This document shows, in pieces, positions 51,511 through 64,000 of a stretch of DNA of 64,000 nt (positions within the stretch are counted from its first letter, which is position 1; each line of letters begins with the position of its first letter). A program made the position numbers and the translations under genes. The DNA lies in the NCBI GenBank assembly GCA_030141605.1, contig JAQGDQ010000053.1, positions 248,001 to 312,000 of the forward strand, in the 5' to 3' direction. This stretch comes from Tubiluchus corallicola (Eukaryota; Animalia; Priapulida). The notes beneath the pieces were generated by a model. The model worked only from the letters and a program-made list of their open reading frames with translations. It did no database searches and was not told where the DNA came from.

Positions 51511-54500
51511 TAGTAGGTAACATCTGTCAGTTCATAGCTGGTTATTCGCAACTTTCATTATGCATGCTTGATGTAGAGTTTTTCTTGTAGTTATTCTCCA
51601 TAGTAAATTTCATTCAGTTGTTCAGATCAGTTCTGGATGTTTTAAACAGCTTAATTTATAGGTTTGACATCTGAGATGTTCACAGATGTCCCTAGTAACA
51701 ATAAGTAACATAGCAATTTTATTTCAATCTACTCTACACTGGTGTTAGCCACAGTCAGTGTTACTAGCGTAATTTCTGTCATATATGCTGTTATACATTG
51801 TAAGATATAATGTGATAGTGCTGTATGTTATATAACACAAATAGCTGTGTGATGTAAAAATGACCACACCATAATATAAAAATATCCATTAGTTGTCATA
51901 ATATAAAAATCGTGAACAATAACTGTGTAATGCAAAAGTCTGTGTAAATATTTAAAGCAAAAGCCAAGGCTCTCAAGAAGTTGAGCTTATTTTAATATTT
52001 GAAGAAATGATAGAGTTTCAAGCTTTCAGCAATAAAATTGTGATAAATGCCTCATGTAATTAGTGAGGACCTAACACTTGGTGCACTCATTTTGAACAAA
52101 AAATAGCATCATCCGGTTACCGTGCAATATAAACACTTATCTCGCCAGGTGCTTGAGCAAACTTTGTTTACAGCGGTAATTACTGTTATCAACTAACAAT
52201 CCAAAACATTAAACGAGGGATTGTTAATACTATTTTCTGCTTTTTGATGAATCCTGTTGGCCGCTATGTAATGAAAATCAGTAACTGACGATGATGTATA
52301 ACTGCCAACTCGGCTTGTTACAGTTGACAAAGTAACAGAATAAGTATTTTAACAACCAATAACTAAACTCTATAAGCTAAGCAAACCAGCCCTGCATCTA
52401 TTGTATGCTTGTAGCCTCACAGTCATCTAAGCCTATCGGTAATTACTACGTGTAGCACTTGTGCATTTTGAGGTGTAATTTTGTGGATACCAGCACTTTG
52501 TAAACGCTTTGAAATTGTTGTTAATTGTTTCGGCAACTAATTTTTACATAAACACAGCTAAACACAAAAATTTAGTCAACTAGAATAGTGAAATTTCTGA
52601 GTGGCTGTGGAAGTTTTGCTACGTGTGCTTTTGTGCTGTCCGCCAGCTTATGTAATTTTTTTCAATGTGCCCACAGCGAGGTTCATTTGGTGGGAGATAA
52701 GGTTTAAATTTCTTTTGCATATTTTAACAAAGCATTTTATGCATGTATCTAGAGATAATGTCAATATTAAATGCTACGTTTTATGTTCAGTACAGTGATA
52801 CTGTGAGATATCAGCTGACGAAGTGCTGAACATTGAAAATTTAGAATGAGTAAAATTTAATCAAAATTCTGTTTACTTACACTACAGTTTTTAGTTGTGT
52901 CGATGCACACAATAACTATTGTTTGAAAGCTGGGTGCTTTTGATTTGTGTGTTTTTGGTAATATTATTGATTTTTTACATTCTGTTATTATTTTTAATAC
53001 ATACTTTGGAAAATTTCTTTGTAAAGCAATGAGAAACAGTTTTGGCACCTTTGAAAATGATTTTACGCATGGTAATTAAAAAGTAATAAGAAACAACTGA
53101 TGTGATTCTACATATTTCTCAACTGTCAACAGCTTCAGTTGCTTATTGGGTAACTATTTGTGAACTTCAAGACTTTTATGAAGGTTATGTTTCATTACCA
53201 TTGTTTTAGTTTGCTATGACTCATTTAAGAAAAACAAAATTGTGGTATGCCAGGAAAAAACTCTGAGGAAAGTCCAGCAATTAGTTAGTATTTTTTTCTC
53301 AAGTCTGCTGTTTGATGTACAAATGTTTTATTACTAAAATATAAAAAAATCTGTTTTCACAATTCATTTACATTATAATACACACAATTAAGAGACAATT
53401 TAATTTTAACAACAATTTAGTATAAATGTATCTTTGGCAGTTTGACTAGCAGACATGTATCTACACGGGTACCTAATCTAGTTTAATTTCAAATTTTACT
53501 ACAGTAATAGTCGGACTAATAACGTTTAAGAAACTCTTAATGAAGAATTTCAATTCACAGCTAAATTGTACAAATTTAGGAAAATATAACACCATTAAAA
53601 ATTAGAAAACATCACAGTAGTAATGAGCTCAGGAACGGGGTAAACCCTGCATGATAACTGATAAACTAAATTCCTAGCAGACTTGTTTACTAATAGAGCT
53701 CACACCCCTTGAAATTCACTCTTATGAACTTCAGTTTGGTTTACTGCTCAAAACAAATCTAATTCACATTAAAGGGAAGGGGGTTTTTTAGGACAACAAA
53801 ACCTCCGAATGTTAAGTGTTTTGACAAAAGTGATCTAAGCTTGAGAAACCAGGAAAATATTTTTAAAATGGTACAAACATAATTAAAGTCCTGCTAATAG
53901 TTTTCCGTTACATACAATTTTAGCTAAAATGACAAAGGCAGATAAAGCACTAAAACAATGCTATCTGAAGTAGACAGTCTGTCGATGTCTACAGTAAGTC
54001 CACCCTTAATGACTTTCCCCTTGGTGACAATTCCTTTTAACGAATTTTTGTCGTCTTTCACATTATAACTATGAATTTTTGGAATTCATGCACTAAAATT
54101 TTCCTTGTTGTATTAGTGCTTATAACAAAGCTCGTTAGTATAGGTGAAAGCTGCTGTGGTGCAACTACTTGGGGCTATACCAATTCGTAGTAGATTGTTA
54201 GACGGATGAACACACATGTACATTTATGGTGTTGAAACCGTCAAAACATTTTCCAGTGAAATGTCTGGAGAAAGGAAAAAAAGATTTGTCAATAGATCAT
54301 GAAAGACATACCTGCTAAAAAAGCGCAAAGAAGCCTAAAGTTCATTTTACCAAAAATGCAATATAAAAACATGTCTGAAGTTGGAATTTGTTGAAATAGC
54401 TAGGCTTTCAAAATCATGTATCTGTAATTTTGTATAATTTTTCAGATCAGTAATAAATAAGACTCTTTTTGCCTTTAATAATTTGTTAAACATTTGATTA

Positions 54501-54516
54501 ATTAAGCAAGCATTTA

Positions 54517-54707
54517 CAGTCAAACCTCTTTATGCCATTTACTTTGGGACTGCAAAAAAGGTTTGGGTTAAGCGAGTTTGATTTATAATGAGATGCATTA
54601 GTACATATTATCTATGCAAATAATTATAGACTTGTTTTGCCGAAAATAATTTTGGGCCTTAAGCGAGGTTAGCATCTTAAAGGGAGTGTTATAATGAGGT
54701 TTAACTG
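54517..54707. mobile_element. Short Tigger/pogo-like MITE
   Basis: CAGTCAAACCTC / GAGGTTTAACTG termini with TA flanks. Confidence 0.65.
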
Positions 54708-55257
54708 TACATTATTTCAGCTGCAAGGAATGATTCACTTAACACCACAATACCTTAATGTCATTAGGTGAGGATTCTGTAACCTCAGGAAGATACTGGA
54801 GAACACCTACCAGGTTTACAACAATAACAAACACTTCTTTTTTTTAAGTTGTGTTCATGGAATTTTGAAAGTAATAGTAAGTTTCATAAATGCACAAATA
54901 TATACACAAAATATGGATTCAACAGTGCATAAATCATTTCTTAACTCTCAAGTCAAGATAAAAACAGTAACTACAAGTCAGTGCTTACGTAATATGGTCA
55001 AATAATCATGATACATCGAGGATTGTCAGTGTCGTCATTTTTGAGCCATCCGCAAAAACAATCAATCATTTTGGAAAGCAAAAACAAACATGACAGTGAT
55101 ATGAATACAAGGTGAAAAAATGCCAATTTACACAAAACACTTCAACTGTCCAGATCTAGCAAATACATGTATGCATTAGTTACTTGTGTTAACTTTGCTG
55201 GCATTTTGTAAACTGAGCATGGTATGAGTTTCTTTCCTAACAGATTACACTCCTGTG

Positions 55258-58200
55258 TCACCGAAGATTAGCCCTAGCACGTGGTGTTAATTTACGGATT
55301 CTACCTCTACTGCTCACAGTCACTTTTGGAGTTTCTGTGGGATCAGAGTAATCACTATTCTCTTCATATTTTACACGTGCCCTAGTCCGTAATCGCTTGC
55401 GAGGTAAATAATCGTGATCATGATCTGAACTGCGCCTGCGCCTGCGAGTGTCAGGGCTAACATCTGAATATCCATCATCAGAACTGTCACGACGTCTGTC
55501 TCGAGTACGTCGTAGAGGCCGACGTGTTACAACTGCACGCCGAGTGGTAGTCATTGACTGCTTGCTTCTTTGGTTAGATTTATAATCTTCATCAGATGAA
55601 TGATCACTGGAACTACTTTCTGAGGTTTCAGACTCCTCAGAATCGCTGTTTGATTCAGAACATTGATCGCCAGTATCTACAAAAAAGTTAGATAAGAATT
55701 TCAAAGAAAAAAGAGTGATGATGAAGGACATTTTCTAATGAAAAGGAACTCTTGAAAATTTAGAAAGGCTGTTTCAGTTTTAATTTTAGTATTTAAAAAA
55801 CATCCAAAATGTACTTCTGCAAAATTTACACTCTCTATCATAAAAACTGTTAGTCTTTTCTAAAATGCTGCATAAAAATCCTCGCACAGAATTATTATGA
55901 AACTACAGAACACGCATTATTTGTTAAGAAAAATTTTATGCCTGAAATTAGATAAAATGCAGTATAATTTTGCTGTACAAAAGTAATGCAAGAAAAATTC
56001 TAAAGATTTAACATCCGAGCATGATGACCTTTAAATGACAGTGATGACATCACTGCTTTTGAGTTTTCCTTAATTATCTCTTCTCATTCATCTTTCAAAA
56101 TACAACTTCAACATATTCAAAACGACAGGAAATAATTCTAAGTAACTCTAGCTTTAACTCACTTCTAGCTTTCACATATGCAGTATACTGATCTTTCTTT
56201 TATTCCTGCAATTAGTGAAGCAGACCTTGGGAACATGAAATCTACATAAATTTAAAATTAAATGGGGCTTTACAGATATTCTTGGTATCATACACTTCAG
56301 TTCCTCATTTTGTCAATAAAATTTCAACTCTATCAGGTCAAAGGAGCAGGTAGTTTAAATCAATCTAAAATTAATTTATTAAACAGCTTTAATTAATTAA
56401 CTAATTAATGAATTGCTACAAACTATTTGTTTTGAAGCAAAGACACCCTAGCTAATATTCCTGCAAAATTTCAACTCGATTGGATCATGGGAACAAGCAA
56501 TTTACATTAATTTAAAATTAACTGATTAAACAATAAAGGAATTGTTACGTTTTTTTTATTTTGACTAAGGATATCTCATCTATTCATCTTACCAAATTGC
56601 TACTCAGTTGGATCATGGGAACATGCAATTTAAACTAATTTAAAATTAATGAACTGAACAACTCTAGCTAATCATCCTGCCAAATTTGAACTCGATTAAG
56701 TCATGAAAATATGCAAATTAAATCAATCTAAAATTAATTAATTAAATAGCTTCAATTAATTAACTAATAAATAAATTGCTGTATTTTTTACTTTGAACCT
56801 AGGCCATCCTAACTAACCATCATAGCAAATTTTAGCTCAATTACATAAATACTTTTGGAAATGGATATATTTAAAAATGATTAATTGAGCAAGTCGAATT
56901 AATTAATTTATTGAGTATTTTTAATACATTTTACATGATGATCAAATACATCTTACAAACAAAAGATCATCAAAATTATTAAAAAAATTAATTCATAAGA
57001 TACACAAGACCATGGTACATTGATTGATGATAAAAATACACTGAATATGACAAAAAAGGAAGAATAATAAAAACACGGAAACTTTAGTAAAATAATAACA
57101 CCAATGCCGTAAAACATACACTCTTAAAAAAATGCAAGATTAGCTCAACCATTGAAGGCTTCTTTAAAATACTAGGTTTTCAGACTTTTTAAAAATTATC
57201 AAGCGATTTGATCAGGCGTAATTGCAGGGGCAAAGAATTCTACAATTTGGGGGCAGCAGAACAGCATGATTTGTCACTGCATGTGACTAACCTGGTATGT
57301 GAGACTTCAATATTTCTTCTGTTTGAGCTAAATCTTAATGAATTGCAACAAATTTTTTGCTTTGTACCATTGGACATCGTTTCTAATCATCACACCAAGT
57401 TTCAACTCAACTAGATAAATATTTTGGAGTTATTTCAACTCCTGAAAGTTGAAAAAATGTGACAAATGGACAGAGGGAGTGAGCAACCAGATTTTTTATA
57501 CAAGACCCATGCAAGTGAACTACTGCACAATTCACAGTGATATAACAGCACAAAACATTTTGGTCTATGCTTCTAAGCTATGGTATAGTGAATTTATACT
57601 GGTTAAGCATGCCTATAAGGCTATAGCAGTAATACAGGGGTGCCACATATAAAAATGGTTGGGATAATGGACACAGTAACGGACGCTTACTCTTTTGTGC
57701 TACTTTACACTCAGTATAAGTGTAATGTTCAATTGCTAAAGTGCAAATCTAATGTGACAATCCTAATTTTATGCACTCTGCATTCTGTTGTTAAGCTTGA
57801 GGTGTAGTATGGTAAGTGTAGTTATGCAGTTAGTGACAAACTAACGGTATTCCTATGCACAGAATTGGCCATGTGCGCATTTTGTAATTATAAAGAGAAA
57901 AAAGACTATCCAGACAATTTGAGCATTATTATCAAAATTTTACTGAAAAATGATAAATTGTAACAAATGGTTCTCAGCTGCTGCGACTTTCTGTTGTACG
58001 TGTTACAAAAATTTTTAAAAAAATGCAAATATTCTACTTGAACAGATTTTTTAAAAATTTTACCAGAAGTTTTTACTTACAGAAAAAACAAAACTTTCAT
58101 TTATATTTACACTGTGTGCAAACATGTGGGATGGTAACAGGCTGCTAGCTAACATGGTACTCATGCTATTGAAGTGCCAGGTTTCTTTTGATAAAAGTAT

Positions 58201-61200
58201 TAAGGGTACAAGTGTACTATAGTAGTTACGAGGTGTGAGAGAACACCAATCACTAGCTAGCTGGACATGTTAACTATGGGACTTTTGTCAAACTTGTGAA
58301 TGCAAAATTAAAGACTGCTATCTATTCAGTCAAAAAATATTACCATTATTATTCTCTTCAACATCCTCGCTGTAAGATTGTCGTTTTTTGCGAGATGTGA
58401 TAGACGATTTTCCTTTCCCCTTGCCCTTTCCCTTTCCAGCAGTTCTCACGTGTCCATTCATTAAACGCTTCTGAGATGCTTTTGAAGGTATAGTAACATT
58501 GTCTTCAATTTCAGTTGCTTCCGAATCTACTTCTATTTCTGTTGCTTCTGAATCAACATCAGATTCTTTTGCAGTTTCTTCTCTGTGATGCCTGCCCTTT
58601 TTCGGACTTTCCAAATCTTTTCGTTTGGCTGCTCTGGTCCGAGGTACAACTGGAAATATTAATGTAAATAACAAATTAGCAGTTGAAGGCTGAAGCTGTT
58701 TCAGTGAATGACTAGAAGGAATATATCAAACATAGTAACATGTGCTAAAAGTTATTCACTATAAAGACAAGAAAACCCTTTAGTTGCATAAAGCTAAAAA
58801 TTCACTTGAAATTTCGTATTGCGTAGGTATTGCCTTATTGCATACAGAGCTTGTATTAATTAGCAGTAATGCTGTATAAAACAAGAAAATTTCAACTCCC
58901 GCAACGACCGTTAATCACAGCCATTTTTACAGTTACATTGCGTGATGTAGTGCACAGTTCACTAATAATAAGTATAAATTACTTTACCCTGTCAATAAAT
59001 TTAACATTATGTTTTATATTGAGTCAGTGGTGCACACTGGAAAGGTAAATCAGTGACATTTTGGCAGTTAGAACGAATATTTCAAATTACTAAGAATTGC
59101 CTTTTCTAGTTACATAAGTCTACCAAACAGGTAAGTGCAATACAAAGTGATATAACTTTGCACAGAGTTTTTTAGGACATAAAAGTACTTTATAATTGCC
59201 TTTTCTTCCCCTTTAAAAAAATCAACATACCTGAGCTCTGACTAAATGTCTGAGATCTGCTCTGACGAAGTGGAGATTTAGTTTTTTGTCGACGGTCTGT
59301 CTTCGAATACGAAATGCTTGTGCTAATGTAAGTGGATGTTGAAGGACGCGAATCATCTTTATCCCAGTCACGTGAAGGTTGAAATAAATCAACCCGAACT
59401 GGTTTTCTCCTGTAAAATAATTCACGCCTGTCTAAAACAAAACTACAGAACTTCATAGAGGGTGTGCATAGTAATATCAATTAGCAGCTTGGATGCACCA
59501 CTTTTTAAGACATAGCATCTTTTGATGAAAGTTTGGAAAATCAGTTTGGGTATCATTCAATAACAATAAATGATATATGCATATTGTGCATATTTCCAAC
59601 AGACAACAATAAATGAAGGAAACAATTTCAATAACTTAAATGTATGGCTCAATTATGCATAATTTATTGCTTCTGGTCAATGCAAAAATGTTAAGAAAAT
59701 AACATATTTATAGTGCAAACGAGTTACTTTCTATTTTTCAAGGACACATCAAATTTGATGTCGGGTGAGAATATTTGGGCAAAGATTAACATTAAAATAG
59801 TCTTAAGCTCAAAATATAATCATATGCAATAAAATAAAATGTAGCATCATATGCAATAAAATAAAATGTAACGTGTAATACCTCGTGTCACAATGAAATT
59901 ACAATATAACATTGGGTGACTAACACGCCAAGCTCTCCATGACATATTACTTTAACAGGCATGGTTTTTTTATATACCTGTCACTAACGAATCTACCAGT
60001 TTTCACTTTTTGTTCGTACTTTATAGCAGAGCTCCAGTCCTCAAAGATTGAGCGTATCCGGTCTTCAAACATAGCGGATAAGCGGAGAGTCATGGAATAG
60101 ATCTGCAAACGTCATTAATAGAATTTTGCAAAAAATTCCCAGTGAAGATTGGGAAAGCATTTGTTTGAAGTTACCCATATTTACTGTATATACACACTGT
60201 ATATACTCAAATAGCAAAATATTTATGTATTACAAATTTACAACATTATAATTCAACTGCCTAAATTCAAAAGTCATAATTGTAAGAAAAATGTAAAGAA
60301 AATGTAAGAAAATGCATTGGTTATTTTATTATAAAATGGAAGAAATTGCAACAATAATGAATTAAATTACTTAACAATTTACACATGGCTTAAGACTTAA
60401 GACTGGCTTTAGCTGCAGGTTTTAAAAAAATTATCATCATCACATCGTCATCTATTGTAGACATTGGGCAGGCAGAACTCTGAAATAAAAGAAATCTGCC
60501 CTCTAGACTGGTAAACACAGCAGTAATTCAGCAAAAAGCTAGACACTGCTATGCCAGTGGCTTGTCAGCACCACTTCTCAAAAAATTAAAATATCAAGGA
60601 AGAGTACAATCTTCACCTTTGAGCGCTTATCAGTATTGAAGATTCTGCTATTGCTAAAAATAAGGCGCATGTCTTTTCGGAATTCTTTTGGGTTATTATA
60701 AGCACTGTTCAACAGATGGTCTTTCACTGTGCTCAAATCCATTGGTGTTACAATGACTTCCCTATATCCCTAAATCAAATAAAAGTATGACACCCATTAT
60801 AATTCTGAAAAAAGCAGGCTGTCTAAATGCATTGCAGAGAATCTGCATGGAGTACAGAGGCAATGTACAAGGCCACTACAACTGATGTCAAACATAATGG
60901 TCTATCGCTCCACCCCCGCTGTAACGTAAGCACGCTCAGCAGCATTCGGGACAACAGCTGTCTAAGCTAAACTAAACTAAACTAAACAACATGACAGTCA
61001 CAACTAATGTCTAATCAACAGATAAACTGATTGATTGCTCTTTTTCATAAACACAAATCTGCAGAGCAATAGCTATTTTAACACGAAATTAACACTTCAA
61101 GTAGCCAAAAAATGACTTCAATTTAAACAGAATGTAGAGATGAAGCTTCAAAGCACTACAAAATACAGAGACATAAATATAATAAAGAAACTAAGCCAGT

Positions 61201-63409
61201 TAGCCTTGCTTTATGTTTTACAATAAATGAGCAACAAAAATATTAAATCTTTTTTGCCTTTAAACATACGAACAAGCCTGCAATGTATTTTTCTATATTA
61301 ATTAATCATGTGCTCGTCTGCAAGCATTAAGTTTTTGTATTTTTCTGGGAAGGCTGTTTCAGTTTTAATTTTAGTATTTAAAATTTTAGTATTTAGGCTA
61401 CGGAAGTGGAATAAATTTGACTGTTCCATTCCATAGACGACCCTTATATTGAATGCCCGAGTCACAAAAGTCCCAATGGTATCTTTTAACCTTGATTATA
61501 ACCAGAAAATTAACGTAAAATTAGCTAATATTACACTGATGTATAATACAAGTTTTGACCACATTTGAATTAATTTTGCCTGTGAAGATCTCATTGAGGT
61601 TTATAAAGACTGGCCAGAAAAGAAAACATTTTGTTCTGTCATTATTTAAAGTTAATCAAATAGTTGTTTTTATCTAACTTGCAAAGCCATAAACTAAACT
61701 AAACTGAGTATTTTCTTGATTGCAAAATGGTTTAATCAGCAACTCATAGACGTAAGCGTGTGTATTTCTTCCTATAAATGAAAACTACGTTATATTTTCC
61801 ACCACTTCACTTGCAATTTCGCTTGACAATAATAAAATCTAGAACCAGGCTAATATTTCTCCCACTAACTAATGAAAAGTTGAGCATTTTTCATAACAGT
61901 GTTAGATGGAGCTGTAGCTAAATGTCCTGAATGTACCTGCTGCAGGGGTGTGTGAAATAACTTGCAAGCTGATTGGGCAGTCAACGAAAATGATTGACAT
62001 GATGTTAGATGCCAATTACTTTAGTGAATAAAAACATGTTTTAATCATTATAATATGTTATTTTATCAATATTTTGTTAATAATAACATAACTGACACAT
62101 TATATGTAACTTAAGAACAGCATGCTCTTTTAATAGGATTACAAAAATAATGAATTCACTCTTCTGTGCAATAATTTGGCAAAAACTACCAGCAAAGTCA
62201 GACAAAATCTCAAAATAAAAATCTTTTATTAAGTTAAGACTGTCATAATACTGAAAATCTGCACAATTTAACATTTGAGAAGCTTAATCGGATGCAATTT
62301 TTCATTATTATTACAGCTACACGGAATTAAATTTTTAAAACCACCTGCATTTAATGGGCAAGCTGTAACACAAAAACTCAGTAACTCAATCCAATATCTT
62401 TTACACTCTCTTTTCATGCATCCTTCAACATATGACTGCAAATCCGACAATATAGCATCAGCTGATTAACAAACAATATTTTACATATCCAATCAGAAGC
62501 ATAAAAATTTCATGATTGCAATATTATTTCAGAATGTTTTAGATAGAGCTAAACATAATGTAAAAAAAAGAGATGATAAACGAAACTCTAGAAATTTTCT
62601 GTATTGTTCAACAGAAAGCAGCAATTTTTGTGTCATCTGAAACAAACTGAATCAACATATATCTACCAATAACACTGTCACTTACTGGCACTTCAAAGGG
62701 GTCTACAGGTGTCCGGAATGGCTCAGAATCTTCACTTTCAAAGATGATATCAAGAAGGTTTTTACACTGCCATTTCCATGATTCTGTAGTGATGGGTACA
62801 TCATTCACAGGTTTCTTTTTTAAAACAGAAAAATAAGTAAATTTTTATTGAAGCTTTCATGTTCAAGCATTTTATTCATATAAAAAAGTTTGGCAAGAAA
62901 TTTGAATTTAAGTCAAATATCAATGCCATTAAAGCTTTAAAGCTTTCTTGCAAGTTAAAGATAAAAATACCCATTGTTAACACATGGACACACCTCGTGG
63001 ATGCATAAAAATACATATGATAACAACATACAGCAAGCATGGGAAATACATAAAGGCAGATGTAAGAATCACGTTCAGGTATGTCTGGGTACAACAGTGA
63101 CAAGGTCTGCAATTTCTTCACAAGAATTATCAGCTTTGAGCCCTTGGCCACAGCTGACAAACAAATCTGAAAAATAAACTCGCATGAAAATCCTTCTTTT
63201 CTCTAACAAAGCTAATTGTCCTGGCAACAACTACAGAGAGAATATTAGAGAAAAATGGAAATTTACATACTCTTTTACTATGTTCTTGCGACCCATCATT
63301 GTTTATTTCAGCATCATCTAGTCTATCTCCTAGTGCAAGGTATGCTGGCAGTGGATTTTCGGCAGTGATATCAGGATAAATAATCATTGGATCACGGCAG
63401 TCCGTTAAT
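55258..63409 (-). CDS. BRWD3: Bromodomain and WD repeat protein (BRWD3/PHIP/BRWD1 family), 3' exons incl. second bromodomain; 5' part beyond the window
   Basis: Exons (-): 63409-63271, 62814-62686, 60769-60617, 60102-59978, 59427-59231, 58649-58344, 55676-55258, phases consistent. Peptides WKWQCKNLL...EDSEPFRTPVD, TPMDLSTV, DMRLIFSNS, KRSKIYSMTLRLSAMFE, and C-terminal SSRGRIRKLTPRARANL*. Confidence 0.9.
56210..57520. repeat. AT-rich degenerate repeat array, probably a non-autonomous rolling-circle-like element
   Basis: 5-6 diverged copies of AAATTTCAACTCGATTGGATCATGGGAAC...AATTTAAAATTAA (near 56320, 56465, 56590, 56680, 56825, 57395). Confidence 0.55.
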
Positions 63410-64000
63410 CTAGTAAGAAAGTATTATCAAAATTAGCTATCAAATATATTTAAAGGAAAAGTCAGAGGTTAAAGAACTTCTAAGCACACTTTAATAAAAG
63501 AAATTACTACACAATATACACAGGGAAAACTGCAGACATATTTGAAAATTGTGATGCAATAACGTGACCAATATGAAACCAACAAGCCAAAGCAAAACTT
63601 ATGCTTTCTTACTCAAAAATACCATAATTCTGTAGCTACCTAAACCTTTGCAAAATGTGTTACACACCTTAATGACGGATCTTCTAGCAATAACTTTTTG
63701 GTGCTAACAACTCTAATCGGCATCATCAAAATCCAATACAACTGCATAAGTACTGTAATAATTATGTGTTACAGATTTGGGTTACAACTCAGATAAGCAT
63801 GCAACTATATGTTCAAAACTGACTGATTTTAGAGTCAGGTTTCAGTGTGTTAGAATTTTTTCTAGTCCTGCGCGAGTTCCAACAGTTCAGTTTGCGTTAT
63901 CACTGTCAGTAAATGTCCTTCAATACCTAGTGTACGGGATCAAACAGAAAATTCAAAATGATATTTTTAAAACCTTACTATTTTATTTAATATAGTTTAA

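Noticed and set aside
56210-57520. CRISPR-like repeat-spacer appearance
   Set aside because: Eukaryotic intron, diverged repeats, irregular and mutually similar spacers, no cas genes

Overview
AT-rich, intron-rich animal (invertebrate-like) nuclear DNA, not prokaryotic; most ORF-track entries are intronic noise or single exons. Manual splicing (GT-AG boundaries, consistent phases) recovers five protein-coding genes. (1) The 5' part of a KLHDC1/2-like kelch gene (-), which appears to run off the left edge. (2) A complete 10-exon WDR74/NSA1 (+, 377 aa). (3) A complete 17-exon PICALM/AP180 (-, 819 aa), plus a likely extra cassette exon. (4) An AGPAT1/2-type acyltransferase with a single coding exon (+), head-to-head with PICALM. 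(5) The 3' part of a BRWD3/PHIP-family gene (-), which runs off the right edge. Introns and intergenic DNA carry decayed CR1- and RTE-like LINEs, a Tigger/pogo transposase relic, many MITEs, a tRNA-derived SINE family and microsatellites. The most unusual structure is a 2.05-kb hAT element with an exact 8-bp TSD in WDR74 intron 3. It is built from two inverted ~780-bp arms that appear to include transposase 5' coding sequence, an architecture reminiscent of maize Mu killer. No clearly new biological system is proven by the sequence alone; the findings are hypotheses with tests.
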